From an uncultured delta proteobacterium (GTDB taxonomy: Bacteria; Desulfobacterota; Binatia; DP-6), in NCBI GenBank assembly GCA_963815115.1, contig CAWFFN010000005.1, positions 1,737,077 through 1,801,076 on the forward strand: a stretch of DNA of 64,000 nt. The letters run 5' to 3'. The notes below the pieces were generated by a model. It made no database searches and was not told where the DNA came from. It saw nothing but the letters and a program-made list of their open reading frames with translations. The translations under genes were made by a program, and so were the position numbers. Below, one piece after another: positions 53,411 through 62,699 of the stretch; the stretch's first letter is position 1; each line of letters begins with the position of its first letter.

Positions 53411-54720
53411 TCCGCGAGCGGCTGCAGAGCCCTCTGGCGCGGATCGGTCTGGACGTGGGCGCCGGAGAGCGAACGCGAAGCGGGCGAGGCGATCGTCCGC
53501 AACCTGTGGCTGCACTGGTTTCCCAACAAGGTCGCGATCGCGAGCGCCAGCTGGAGCTACTCGCTCTGGCTCGGCACGGCGGCCGCGTCGCTGTTCCTGA
53601 TCCTGCTCGTCACCGGGGTGCTGTTGATGTTCTTCTACGTGCCGTCGGTCGAGCGCGCATACTGGAGCATGAAGGACCTACGACTTCGCGGTCAGCTTCG
53701 GGTGGCTGCTGCGCAATCAGCATCGCTGGGCGGCGCATCTGATGGTGGGCACGACGTTCCTCCACATGGCGCGCGTCTTCTTCACCGGCGCGTACCGGGG
53801 CCCTCGCGCGCTCAACTGGCTCGTCGGCGTCGCGCTCCTGCTGGCGACGCTGCTGCTCTCCTTCACCGGGCTACCTGCTGCCCTGGGACCAGCTCGCCTT
53901 CTGGGCAGTGACCGTCGGCACCAACATCGCCCGCGAGGCACCGCTGGCGGCGTGCACGGATCCGCTTCCTCCTGCTGGGCGGGACGGAGATCGGCCAGGC
54001 GACGCTGCTTCGGTTCTACGTGCTGCACGTGTTCGTGCTGCCCGTGGTCGTGCTGCTGCTGTTCGCCTACCACATGTGGCGGATCCGGAAGGACGGCGGA
54101 CTCGCGGCCGTCGAGCCGATCGCGCGAGCGCACGAGCGCCCGCATGGCGCCGCCGTCGCCCTCGAAGAGCTACTCGATCTTCGGCGTCACGCCCGGCACC
54201 ACCGTCCAGACACTCTCCACCGACCGCGCTCGAGGAAGAGGACGTGGCGTTCTCCTCGCCCGAGCTGGTGCGGCGGATCATGCTGGTGTTCCTACTCGTC
54301 TTCAATGTGACGCTGCTCGCTGAGCGTCCTCTTCGACGCGCCCCTCGAGCAGGCCGCCAATCCCGCCGTCACCCCGAACCCGGCGAAGGCTCCCTGGTAC
54401 TTCCTCTGGCTGCAGGAGCTGGTCGCGAGCACGACGGTCCGCATCGGCGGCTTCACGGTGAGCGGCGGGTTCATCGGCGGCATCCTGGTGCCGGGGATCC
54501 TGCTGCTCCTGGCATCCGCCTGGCCATTCCTCGATCGCACCCCGGCCGAGCACCGAGGGCATCTGGTTCGCGGCGCAGCGGCGGCGACAGAATCTCCTCT
54601 TCGCGCTGATCGCGCTCGGCATCGTCGCGCTGATCCTTCTCAGCATGTACTGCCGCGGTCCCTCCTGGGGCTTGCTACTGGCCCTGGCAAGCGTGGCCGC
54701 GGCCCCCGACGAGCCTGTGA
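53403..54720 (+). CDS. Cytochrome b (N-terminal plus subunit-IV-like domains; indels hide whether one or two genes)
   Basis: [49 protein letters not shown]; [10 protein letters not shown]. Confidence 0.88.
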
Positions 54721-54723
54721 GAC

Positions 54724-55873
54724 GTGCGAGACCCCTTCTCCCGCTTCGAGTCGCGAGACTTCCCTGTCGCTCGTCGTGCTCTCGCTGGTCTTCTTCGGGC
54801 TGGTCGTCGCCGCCGTGGTCCGCGAAGAGCGGAGCGAGTGGCGGCCGATCCAGGTCCGCTTTCGGGACGCGCTGGAGCAGCACGGACAGGTGCGTGCCGC
54901 GCGCGCCTTCACCCCCGGCGTGCGCCAGCTCTGGCTCCCCGAGCTCGGCCGCGTCGACCGCTGTGTCACCTGCCATCTCGGCTACGAGTGCGGCGGGAAC
55001 GTCTTGCCCGCGAGCCGGCAGCTGCCGCTCGCGCCGCATCCCGGCGCTGCCCTACCTCGATGCGCATCCGTTCACCGAGTTCGGCTGCACGGCCTGCCAC
55101 GGTGGCCAGGGGTTCGCGACCACGGCGAGAGCGGCGCACGGATGAAGTCGCAGGATTGGGAGGACCCGTTGCTCGACGGCAACGCTCGCCGAGCGTGACG
55201 GGTTCAGCGCCGCGGAGCTGATGCAGGTGCGCTGCAACGGATGCCACCGTCGACGACGAGTCCACGCCGGGCATGGAGATCGATCGATCGGGGGAAGGAC
55301 GCTCGTTCCGGAAGAACAAGTGCCTGGTCTGCCACCGTGGTGGAGGACGGGGCGGCCTGGAAGCGCTCCGGAGCTCACGCTACGTCGGTGATAAGAATCC
55401 GGAGCTCTTCGACTTCACCCACGTGGACGGGACCGCGGACGGTCTTCAACTGGCACGTGCGGCACCTGATACGCGCGGGTGAGGTGAGTGCCGGGAACGA
55501 CGATGCCTGACTTCGATTTCGAACCCGAGGAGGCGCGCGCCCTTGCCCTGCTACTGCGTGAGCTGGCGGCCGCGAGAGCTTTCCGCCGCGCTATCGTCCC
55601 GCGCCCCGCTGCGGTCGCCGCGGCCGGCGAGCCGAAGACGCCGCGCCAGCCGTCAGCCGATGCCGCAGGTCGCCGGGCGCGGAGGCCGGCCGAGACGGTC
55701 TTTCGTCGACGCGCGGCTGCGACAGCTGCCACGGGGTCGGGACGCCGGTACAGTGATCGGCCCGGATCTGAAGGGTGTGGGCACACCGCCGGGACGCCGA
55801 CTGGCTGCGGCGCTGGCTTGCGGACCCGGCCGTTATGCTCCGCGCCTACCCCGATCTGTCAGAGCTGGCCGGC
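54724..55873 (+). CDS. Membrane-anchored multiheme cytochrome c (at least 5 hemes), ending at IS256
   Basis: N-terminal TM; CVTCH 54962, CTACH 55086, CNGCH 55233, CLVCH 55321, CDSCH 55718 across shifted frames. Confidence 0.8.
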
Positions 55874-57310
55874 CACGTGTCCCGCTCTCTGTTGAACGGT
55901 CGAGAGCGACGGCTCGGTTGACGGGCGTCTACGCGACCTCCTTCTTCGTGTCGAGAGTTCGACGATCGAGAGCACGGATCAGCTTCGGGATGTCGGTGTA
56001 ACCACGAACGCGGCGGAAGCTCCGACGTGCCTCGGTGAGGCCGGCGGCGATCCATCGCACGAGCATTCGGCCATCGCGCCATCGCCGCACGTTGCGGACG
56101 AAGTGCCCGACGAGGCCGTTGAGGTTCTCGATCGCGTTGGTCGAGCGGAGCGTGCGATAGAGTGCCCCCGAGACGCCGAGCCGTTGCAGGGTCAGCGTCT
56201 CGTCGATCCCTGCGCAGTGAGGCAGCCGCTCCGGGGTGCGTACGATCGAGCCGGGCCGCGAGCTGTTCGAGACGACGCTTCGCGAGATCGGCACTGGCAA
56301 GGCCGTACGCGTCGTCGATCGCCTTCTTCACCCGTGGACGCATCTCCTCGGGAAGATGCTCCAGGACGTTGCGCATCTTGTGGACGTGGCAGCGCTGGAC
56401 CAGCGCGACATCGCCGCACGCTTCGCGGATCGCTTTTCGCAGCCCCGTTCCGCCGTCGATGATGAACAGCACCGGTCGGTCGAGCTCGAGTCCGCGTTGC
56501 CGCAGATCGGCGAGCAGGCTCTTGCACACCGTCGCGTTCTCCGTCGTGCCCTCGCGCAACGCCGAGCACGTGCTTGCCCCCTGCGAATCGACGCCCAGGA
56601 CAAGGAGAATCACGTGATCGCGGAAATGGAGTCCGTCGATGAGGAGGAGCCGGATGTCGAGATCCTCGAGTGGCGCGGCCATCCAGGTCACCAGCCGGTC
56701 GCGGGTGAGCGCGACGAAGCGCGGGACACCGCGCTCTTCGACACGGCCCGTCTCCGCGACGCCGGCCGGAAGGGGGTCGAGCGTGCGGTGATACTTCCGC
56801 GTCGCCACCCCGACGGCGATCGATTCGATCGTGTAGGCATCGAGCGGATCCCGAGCGCTCGCGTAGCGAAGCTCGGCAGCGGCAGCTCTTTGCCCGTCCG
56901 TGCTGCGCGCTCGCAGCCGAGGGAGCGCGATGCGGCGGCCTCCGAGCACGACTTCGCTGGGTGCGCTGCCCCCTCGAACAGCGTGGCGCTCGGGATTCGG
57001 AACGTCTTCGGCCCGCAGAGTCGCTCACGATCCTGCTCCATCATCGTGTGGAAGACTTGCTGGCCGGCGCTGAGACAGAGCCCGAAGAACGCGGTCTTCA
57101 TGTCGGCGAGCACATCGAGCAGCGGCAAGGGCACCTGCACGCTGACGACGGGCGACTTGGCTGGGACTTCCCCCGCGGACGATCCTGTGCGACTTCTCTT
57201 CATGGCGGCTTCCTTTCCTTGGTTGTGGTGACCCCGTCCTTTACAGGACGGAGAAAGGAGCCGCCGCTCTCTTCTTCAGATCAGCCGTTCAGCAGGATCC
57301 GGGACATCCC
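55874..57310 (-). mobile_element. IS256-family insertion sequence (transposase about 55929-57203, frameshifted)
   Basis: GVATRKY, LLIDG, IIDGGTGLRKAI, QRCHVHKMRN, STNAIENLN; terminal IR TGTCCCG-N4-CTGYTGAACGG at both ends. Confidence 0.9.
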
Positions 57311-57808
57311 CATTCTCGGCGAATCGCCTCGCTTACGGCCTTCTCCAGTCGTTTGAGCTCCCTCGGCGTCTTGACGGTCTCGGGCGTGAGCCGGGTCAAC
57401 ACCATGTATGTCGGCACAGGTCACCTCCGTTGCGCCACGTTGTGACGGCGCGGTTCAAACTGGCGACTTTCGGGCAGGGCGAGCACGATGCTCAGGATGT
57501 CCATGATCATAGGTTGCACTGCCAGCGCAGGCTCGAAGCGGAGTTGACCTGCGCCCGTGTCACCGGCGCGCGGGTCGCACTTCCGACCGGCTCGGGGCCC
57601 GCGTCTATCAGCATGTGGATCGCGGTAGGTGCCGTGTCCTTCACGGTGACGCACCCGTTCCCTGCTACTATAGCGCGGATAGGGGATGACCGGCACGTCG
57701 TCCGGTATCATCCGCCCAGGCCACCCCACGAAGGCGGCATGGAAGGGTCATTCGCAGAGGTGGGAATCGGTTGGCTCACGATCGGAGGTCTTTGCGCCCT
57801 GCGCGACG

Positions 57809-57822
57809 GGCACGGTCTTTGC
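57809..57822 (+). promoter_or_regulatory. Sigma54 promoter upstream of the CBS-USP-pncB unit
   Basis: GGCAC-GGTCT-TTGC, GG-N10-GC. Confidence 0.5.
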
Positions 57823-57836
57823 CGTACCGAAGGGTC

Positions 57837-58276
57837 ATGAGGATCGAACCGTGGATGAAGCACCCCGTCACTACGGTGAGGCCGCAGGACTCCGCCCGGC
57901 ACGCCCGAGAGGTGATGGAGAAGCACCGCTTCAATCAGCTGCGGGTCGTGGTGGACGGCCGACTCGTCGGCATCGTCACCGACCGCGACCTGCGCGACGT
58001 GTTCCCGTCGGTGTTCGAGTCGCCGGAGCCGTGGGGCACCGCGTGCGCAAGTCAGGCAGCGACCCGACGACGATCCCGGTCGAGGACGTGATGACACGCA
58101 ACGTCCTAGCGCTCGCTCCCGGCGCGTTCGTTGTGGATGCAGCGCGTCTCATGCGACGCGAGCGTATCGGCGCGATCCCGATCGTCGACGGTGAGCGGCT
58201 GGTCGGGATCCTCACCCGCAGCGACGTGTTCGACGCCTACGTGGAGCTGTGTCAAAGCGTGCTTCCTCTGGGATGA
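57837..58276 (+). CDS. CBS-pair protein (AcuB/Hrp1-like), one frameshift
   Basis: WMKHPVTTV, LVGIVTDRDL; VEDVMT, LVGILTRSD. Confidence 0.85.
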
Positions 58277-58452
58277 TCTTCCACCTCGCAGTCGAGCGGT
58301 TCATGAAGCGCCGGACCGGTCACTGCGGCGACTGCTCCGTGAATTACCGCTACGTCTGCACCGACGGGCCGCTATTCTCCTTCGCCGAGCTGCGCAAGCT
58401 GCCCGATGCCATTTCCCGAGATCGGCCGGCCGGGGCGGGGATCGCCTGCTGA
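58273..58452 (+). pseudogene. C-terminal remnant of a PyrK/AsrB/sulfhydrogenase-gamma-type FAD 2Fe-2S subunit
   Basis: ERFMKRRTGHCGDC....YVCTDGPLF compared with the family motif ERxMxCGxGxCGxC..VCxDGPVF. Confidence 0.65.
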
Positions 58453-58465
58453 TGGAGAGCAGGCC

Positions 58466-59362
58466 ATGAGAGACCGACGGCCGCTCGGGAACGTGCTCGT
58501 CGCGACGGACTTTTCCACCGCCGCGACCCGCGCCGTAGAGCGGGCGGCGCGACTCCCCATCGGTCCCGGCGCGGCGCTCACCGTGCTGCACGTGCTCCGT
58601 CCCGGATCCCGACCCGAGAATCGCCCGGACGCCGAGCGCGCACTGCGCCACGCCGCATCGGTTGCCGCCGACGCTGCGGCCCGCGCCGGGCGGGAGGCCG
58701 CGGACGTCTTTCCTCGCCTCGTCGAAGGGACACCGTTCGTGGAGATCATCCACGGCGCGCGACATGGGCGGAACGAGCTGATCGTCGTCGGGCGCCACGG
58801 CGAGCGGACGTTCCGCGAGCGTCTCCTCGGGTCGACAGCGGAGCGCGTCATCCGCAAGGGCGATATGTCCATCCTCGTCGTGGCCTCGCCTCCCGCGGCG
58901 CCCTACGCGCGGCCCCTCGTGGCGGTCGATTGCTCGGATACCTCGCGGCGCGCGGTGGAGCTCGCGTGGCGGCTCGCGGACCCACGCCTGCAGGCGCTCG
59001 ACGTCGTCCACGCCTACGAGCCAATCCTCGAGAGCACGGTCCGCCACGTCGACCTCTTCGGCGAGGCCGCGAGGCAGTTCAACTTCGAGGCGAAGCTGCA
59101 GGCGCAAGCCGCCGTCGAGACGTTCCTGGCCGCCAGCGATGCGCCAGGGTCCGCGAACATCATGCTCCGGGAAGGAGACGCGCGGCAGGTGATCCTCGAC
59201 GTCGCCGCGGAGCGCGACACCGACCTCGTGGCGCTCGGGACACACGGTCGCTCCGGAGTCGCCCACGTGCTCCTCGGCAGCGTGGCCGAGGCGGTGATCC
59301 GCGCGGCAGGCTGCGATGTCCTGGTCGCGCGCGCCGTCGGACTGCCGTTCAAGCTGCCGTAG
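58466..59362 (+). CDS. Tandem-domain universal stress protein
   Basis: VLVATDFS, LIVVGRHG..LLGSTAE; LVAVDCS, LGTHGRSG..LLGSVAE. Confidence 0.92.
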   Translation: MRDRRPLGNVLVATDFSTAATRAVERAARLPIGPGAALTVLHVLRPGSRPENRPDAERALRHAASVAADAAARAGREAADVFPRLVEGTPFVEIIHGARHGRNELIVVGRHGERTFRERLLGSTAERVIRKGDMSILVVASPPAAPYARPLVAVDCSDTSRRAVELAWRLADPRLQALDVVHAYEPILESTVRHVDLFGEAARQFNFEAKLQAQAAVETFLAASDAPGSANIMLREGDARQVILDVAAERDTDLVALGTHGRSGVAHVLLGSVAEAVIRAAGCDVLVARAVGLPFKLP

Positions 59363-59374
59363 CAGGGTGTCACG

Positions 59375-60715
59375 GTGGTTCCGCTCGAGTCGAGTGCGCT
59401 GCTCACGGACCTCTACCAGCTGACCATGTTGTACGGGTACTTCCGCCACGGCATGGAGGCGACGGCGGTCTTCGAGCTGTTCGTGCGCAAGCTGCCGCCC
59501 GGACGTAACTTCCTGATGGCGGCGGGCCTCGAGCAGGTCGTCGAGTACCTCGAGACACTCCGCTTCGACGCCGAGGAGCTCGACTGGGTGCAGCGGAGCG
59601 GGCGCTTCGATACGGCGTTCGTCGACTACCTCGCGGCGCTCCGCTTCACGGGCGACGTACATGCCATGCCGGAGGGCACGATCTTCTTCTCCGACGAGCC
59701 GATAGTTCGGGTGACGGCGCCGATCGCGCAGGCCCAGCTCGTGGAGCCGCGGCTCATCAACCTGCTCCACTTCCAGACGCTCATCGCCTCGAAGGCGGCG
59801 CGCGCCGTGCTCGTCGCGCCGGACAAGCTCCTGATCGACTTCGGGCTCCGCCGCGCCCATGGCGCGGAGGCGGGTCTCCTTGCCGCGCGCGCCGCCTACC
59901 TGGCGGGGATGTCGGGGTCCTCGACCGTCCTAGCGGACCTGCGTTTCGGCGTGCCGGTGTACGGCACGATGGCGCACTCCTTCGTGCAGGCACACGACGA
60001 CGAGGCCGAGGCGTTTCTGCACTACGCCCGCGACCTGCCTGATCACGTCGTCCTCCTGCTCGACACGTACGACACCGAGGCGGCGGCCGAGAAGGCGGTG
60101 GCGCTCGCGCCCAGGCTGCGGGCCGAGGGCATCCGCATCGAGGGCGTGCGGCTCGACAGCGGCGACCTCGCGGACCACGCCCGGAAGGTCCGACGCATCC
60201 TCGACGCGGGCGGCCTCCACGATGCCACGATCTTCGTGAGCGGCAGTCTCGACGAGTACCGGGTGCGCGACCTGCTCGCGGGGGGCGCTCCCATCGACGG
60301 CTTCGGCATCGGCTCGCGTCTCGACACCTCGGCGGACGCGCCGTATCTGGACTGTGCCTACAAACTACAGGAATATGCGGGTCTCGCGCGGCGGAAGCGC
60401 TCGGAGGGCAAGGCCACGTGGCCGGGTCGCAAGCAGGTATACCGCCGTCACGACGGCGACGGCCGCATGCGCGAGGATGTCCTGACCGTGGAAGGCGATC
60501 CGCAGGAAGGGCAAGCGCTCATCGAGCCCGTCATGCGCGCCGGACGGCGAGTTGCTCCAGCCCCTTCGCTCGGCGCGTCGCGGGCGCATGCCGCGGCCCA
60601 GCTGACGACCGTGCCGGACCGACTGCGCCGTCTCGAAGGCGGCGAGCGGTACCCGGTCCACGTTGCTGCGGCGCTCCAGGCGCTCGCTGAGACGGTCGAT
60701 GCGCGAACCCGATGA
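59375..60715 (+). CDS. pncB: Nicotinate phosphoribosyltransferase
   Basis: LLTDLYQLTM, DFGLRRAHG, GTMAHS, LLDTYD, GVRLDSGD. Confidence 0.95.
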   Translation: MVPLESSALLTDLYQLTMLYGYFRHGMEATAVFELFVRKLPPGRNFLMAAGLEQVVEYLETLRFDAEELDWVQRSGRFDTAFVDYLAALRFTGDVHAMPEGTIFFSDEPIVRVTAPIAQAQLVEPRLINLLHFQTLIASKAARAVLVAPDKLLIDFGLRRAHGAEAGLLAARAAYLAGMSGSSTVLADLRFGVPVYGTMAHSFVQAHDDEAEAFLHYARDLPDHVVLLLDTYDTEAAAEKAVALAPRLRAEGIRIEGVRLDSGDLADHARKVRRILDAGGLHDATIFVSGSLDEYRVRDLLAGGAPIDGFGIGSRLDTSADAPYLDCAYKLQEYAGLARRKRSEGKATWPGRKQVYRRHDGDGRMREDVLTVEGDPQEGQALIEPVMRAGRRVAPAPSLGASRAHAAAQLTTVPDRLRRLEGGERYPVHVAAALQALAETVDARTR

Positions 60716-60760
60716 GTGGAGGTCCGATGCACACGAGGGCTCGAGCATCGGGTCGATCGG

Positions 60761-62372
60761 ATGAGCCAAGAGGACCTCGTCCGCGCGCTTCGGGATCCGC
60801 GGCTTCTACCCGCATCGCCCCGAGCGAGTGGAACACGTGCAGACGCACATCTCGCATGTGTTCCTCGCCGGCCCCTACGTCTACAAGCTCAAGAAGGCCG
60901 TGCGCTTCTCCTTCCTCGACTTCAGCACGCCCGCGCTCCGCCGCCACTTCTGCGAGGAAGAAGTGCGCTTGAACCGGCGCCTCTCCCCATCGGTTTACCT
61001 GGGCGTCGTGCCGATCACGCGCGAAGCCGGCGGCCCCCTGCGGCTGGGCGGGAGCGGCGACGTCGTCGATCATGTGGTCTGGATGCGGCGGCTTCCTGCG
61101 GACCGGATCCTCGTGAACCTGGTCACGCGCGGGGCGGCGTCCCTCGAGATGATGGACGCTCTTGCCGGCCGGCTCGCCGCATTCCACCGCTCGGCTTCCC
61201 AGGGGTCGGAGGTCTCCGTGCACGCCGATCCCGAGCGCCTGGCCTCGCGCTGGAAGAGTGTCCTCTCGAGCGCCGCGCCGTTTGCCGGTGTGCTCCTCGC
61301 GCCCGAGGACCACGAGGTCCTGACCGACTTCGGTCCGGCCTTCATCCGTGCGCACGAGACGCTGCTCCGCGCTCGCCAGCACGCGGGGCGCATCCGTGAG
61401 GGGCACGGCGACCTCCACGCCGAGCACGTGTGCTTCGTCGATGCGCCCGTCGAGGCCGAGGGCGAACTGCTACCGCTGGAACCGGGCATATACGTCTTCG
61501 ACTGCATCGAGTTCTCTCAGCCGCTGCGCTGCAACGACGTCGCCTGCGAGATCGCCTTCCTGGCAATGGACCTCGACAGCCTCGAGCGCCCGGAGCTGGC
61601 CCGGCACCTGGTAGCGGCCTACGTCGTTGCCGCGGACGATCCGGACGTGCGTCTCCTGCTGCCCTTCTACGCCTGTCACCTCGCCTCCGTCCGAGGCATG
61701 GTCGAAGGGCTCAAGAGCGCCGAGGCGGAGGTGGAGCCCGCAGACCGCGAGGCGGCAGCGGCGCGCGCGCGGCGTCATTTCGCGCTCGCCGTGCGCTACG
61801 CCTGGACGACGGATGGGCCGGCCGTGATCGCCTGCACGGGGCTCAGCGGCACGGGCAAGACGACGCTCGCCGCCGAGCTGGCGCGGACGACGGGCTTCAC
61901 GCTTCTCGGCACTGACACGCTCCGCAAGCAGCGCGCGGGTCTCGCTCCCGAGGCGCCGGCCCGCGCGGCTTACGGTGCAGGCCTCTACACGGAAGAGGCC
62001 CGCGCTGCGACCTATGCGGCCCTCGTGGCCGAGGTCGACGCAGCCCTCGAGGGAGGTCGGGGCGTCATCGTCGACGCCACCTTCATCCGCCGCGCCGACC
62101 GCGACCGGCTCGCGCGAGTGGCGCACCGTCAGGGGCGGCCGTGCGTCTTCGTCACCTGCCGAGCCGACGAGCAGGTGGTCCGTGCCCGGTTGGCGGCGCG
62201 CGAGGAGGGGCGTTCGGTCTCCGACGCCCGCTGGGAGACATACGTGGGGCAACGCGAGCGGTTCGAGCCGTTCGGCGTCGACGAACAGCACCTGGTCGTC
62301 GACACGGGCGGGGACCCCGCGACGGCGCGCGCGGAGGCGCTGCGTGGCCTGTGGCGATGGCGGCGGGAACGC
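60761..62372 (+). CDS. APH-like kinase + AAA/gluconate-kinase-like fusion (Rv2004c-like); frameshift near the start, end uncertain
   Basis: QTHISHVFL, YKLKK, EVRLNRRL, HGDLH, FDCIEF; GLSGTGKTT, IVDATF, SDA. Confidence 0.88.
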
Positions 62373-62375
62373 GCC

Positions 62376-62495
62376 ATGCCCATCTCCGCCCAAAGAACCA
62401 CCCTCGATTTCGATCGGCCCCGGGTGACGTGCTCGTTGTCACCGACGTGCAGCGCGACTTCCTTTCCGGCGGCGCGCTCGCAGTCGCCATCATCC
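62376..62495 (+). pseudogene. N-terminal remnant of nicotinamidase (PncA/isochorismatase family)
   Basis: DVLVVTDVQRDFLSGGALAV, then loss of similarity. Confidence 0.6.
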
Positions 62496-62699
62496 TCGTT
62501 GGGGATTACCATCCGCCATCAGCAATGGTTGCGATGCGCGGGGGCGGCGCGTAGCGTTCCCGCTCATGCTCGCTGATCCGAGGGCGAGGCACTCTTCTCC
62601 TCGCCTGCCATGCGATCGATCGCAGCTTCGGATCGCCCTGTCGATACTCTCGCACACCGCGGCGATCGGCGCCGGCGCGGGCGCGGGGATGCCGAGCTG

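Noticed and set aside
57311-57800. Short ORFs right of the IS as the continuation of the multiheme cytochrome
   Set aside because: No CxxCH or other recognisable motif found in the frames examined.
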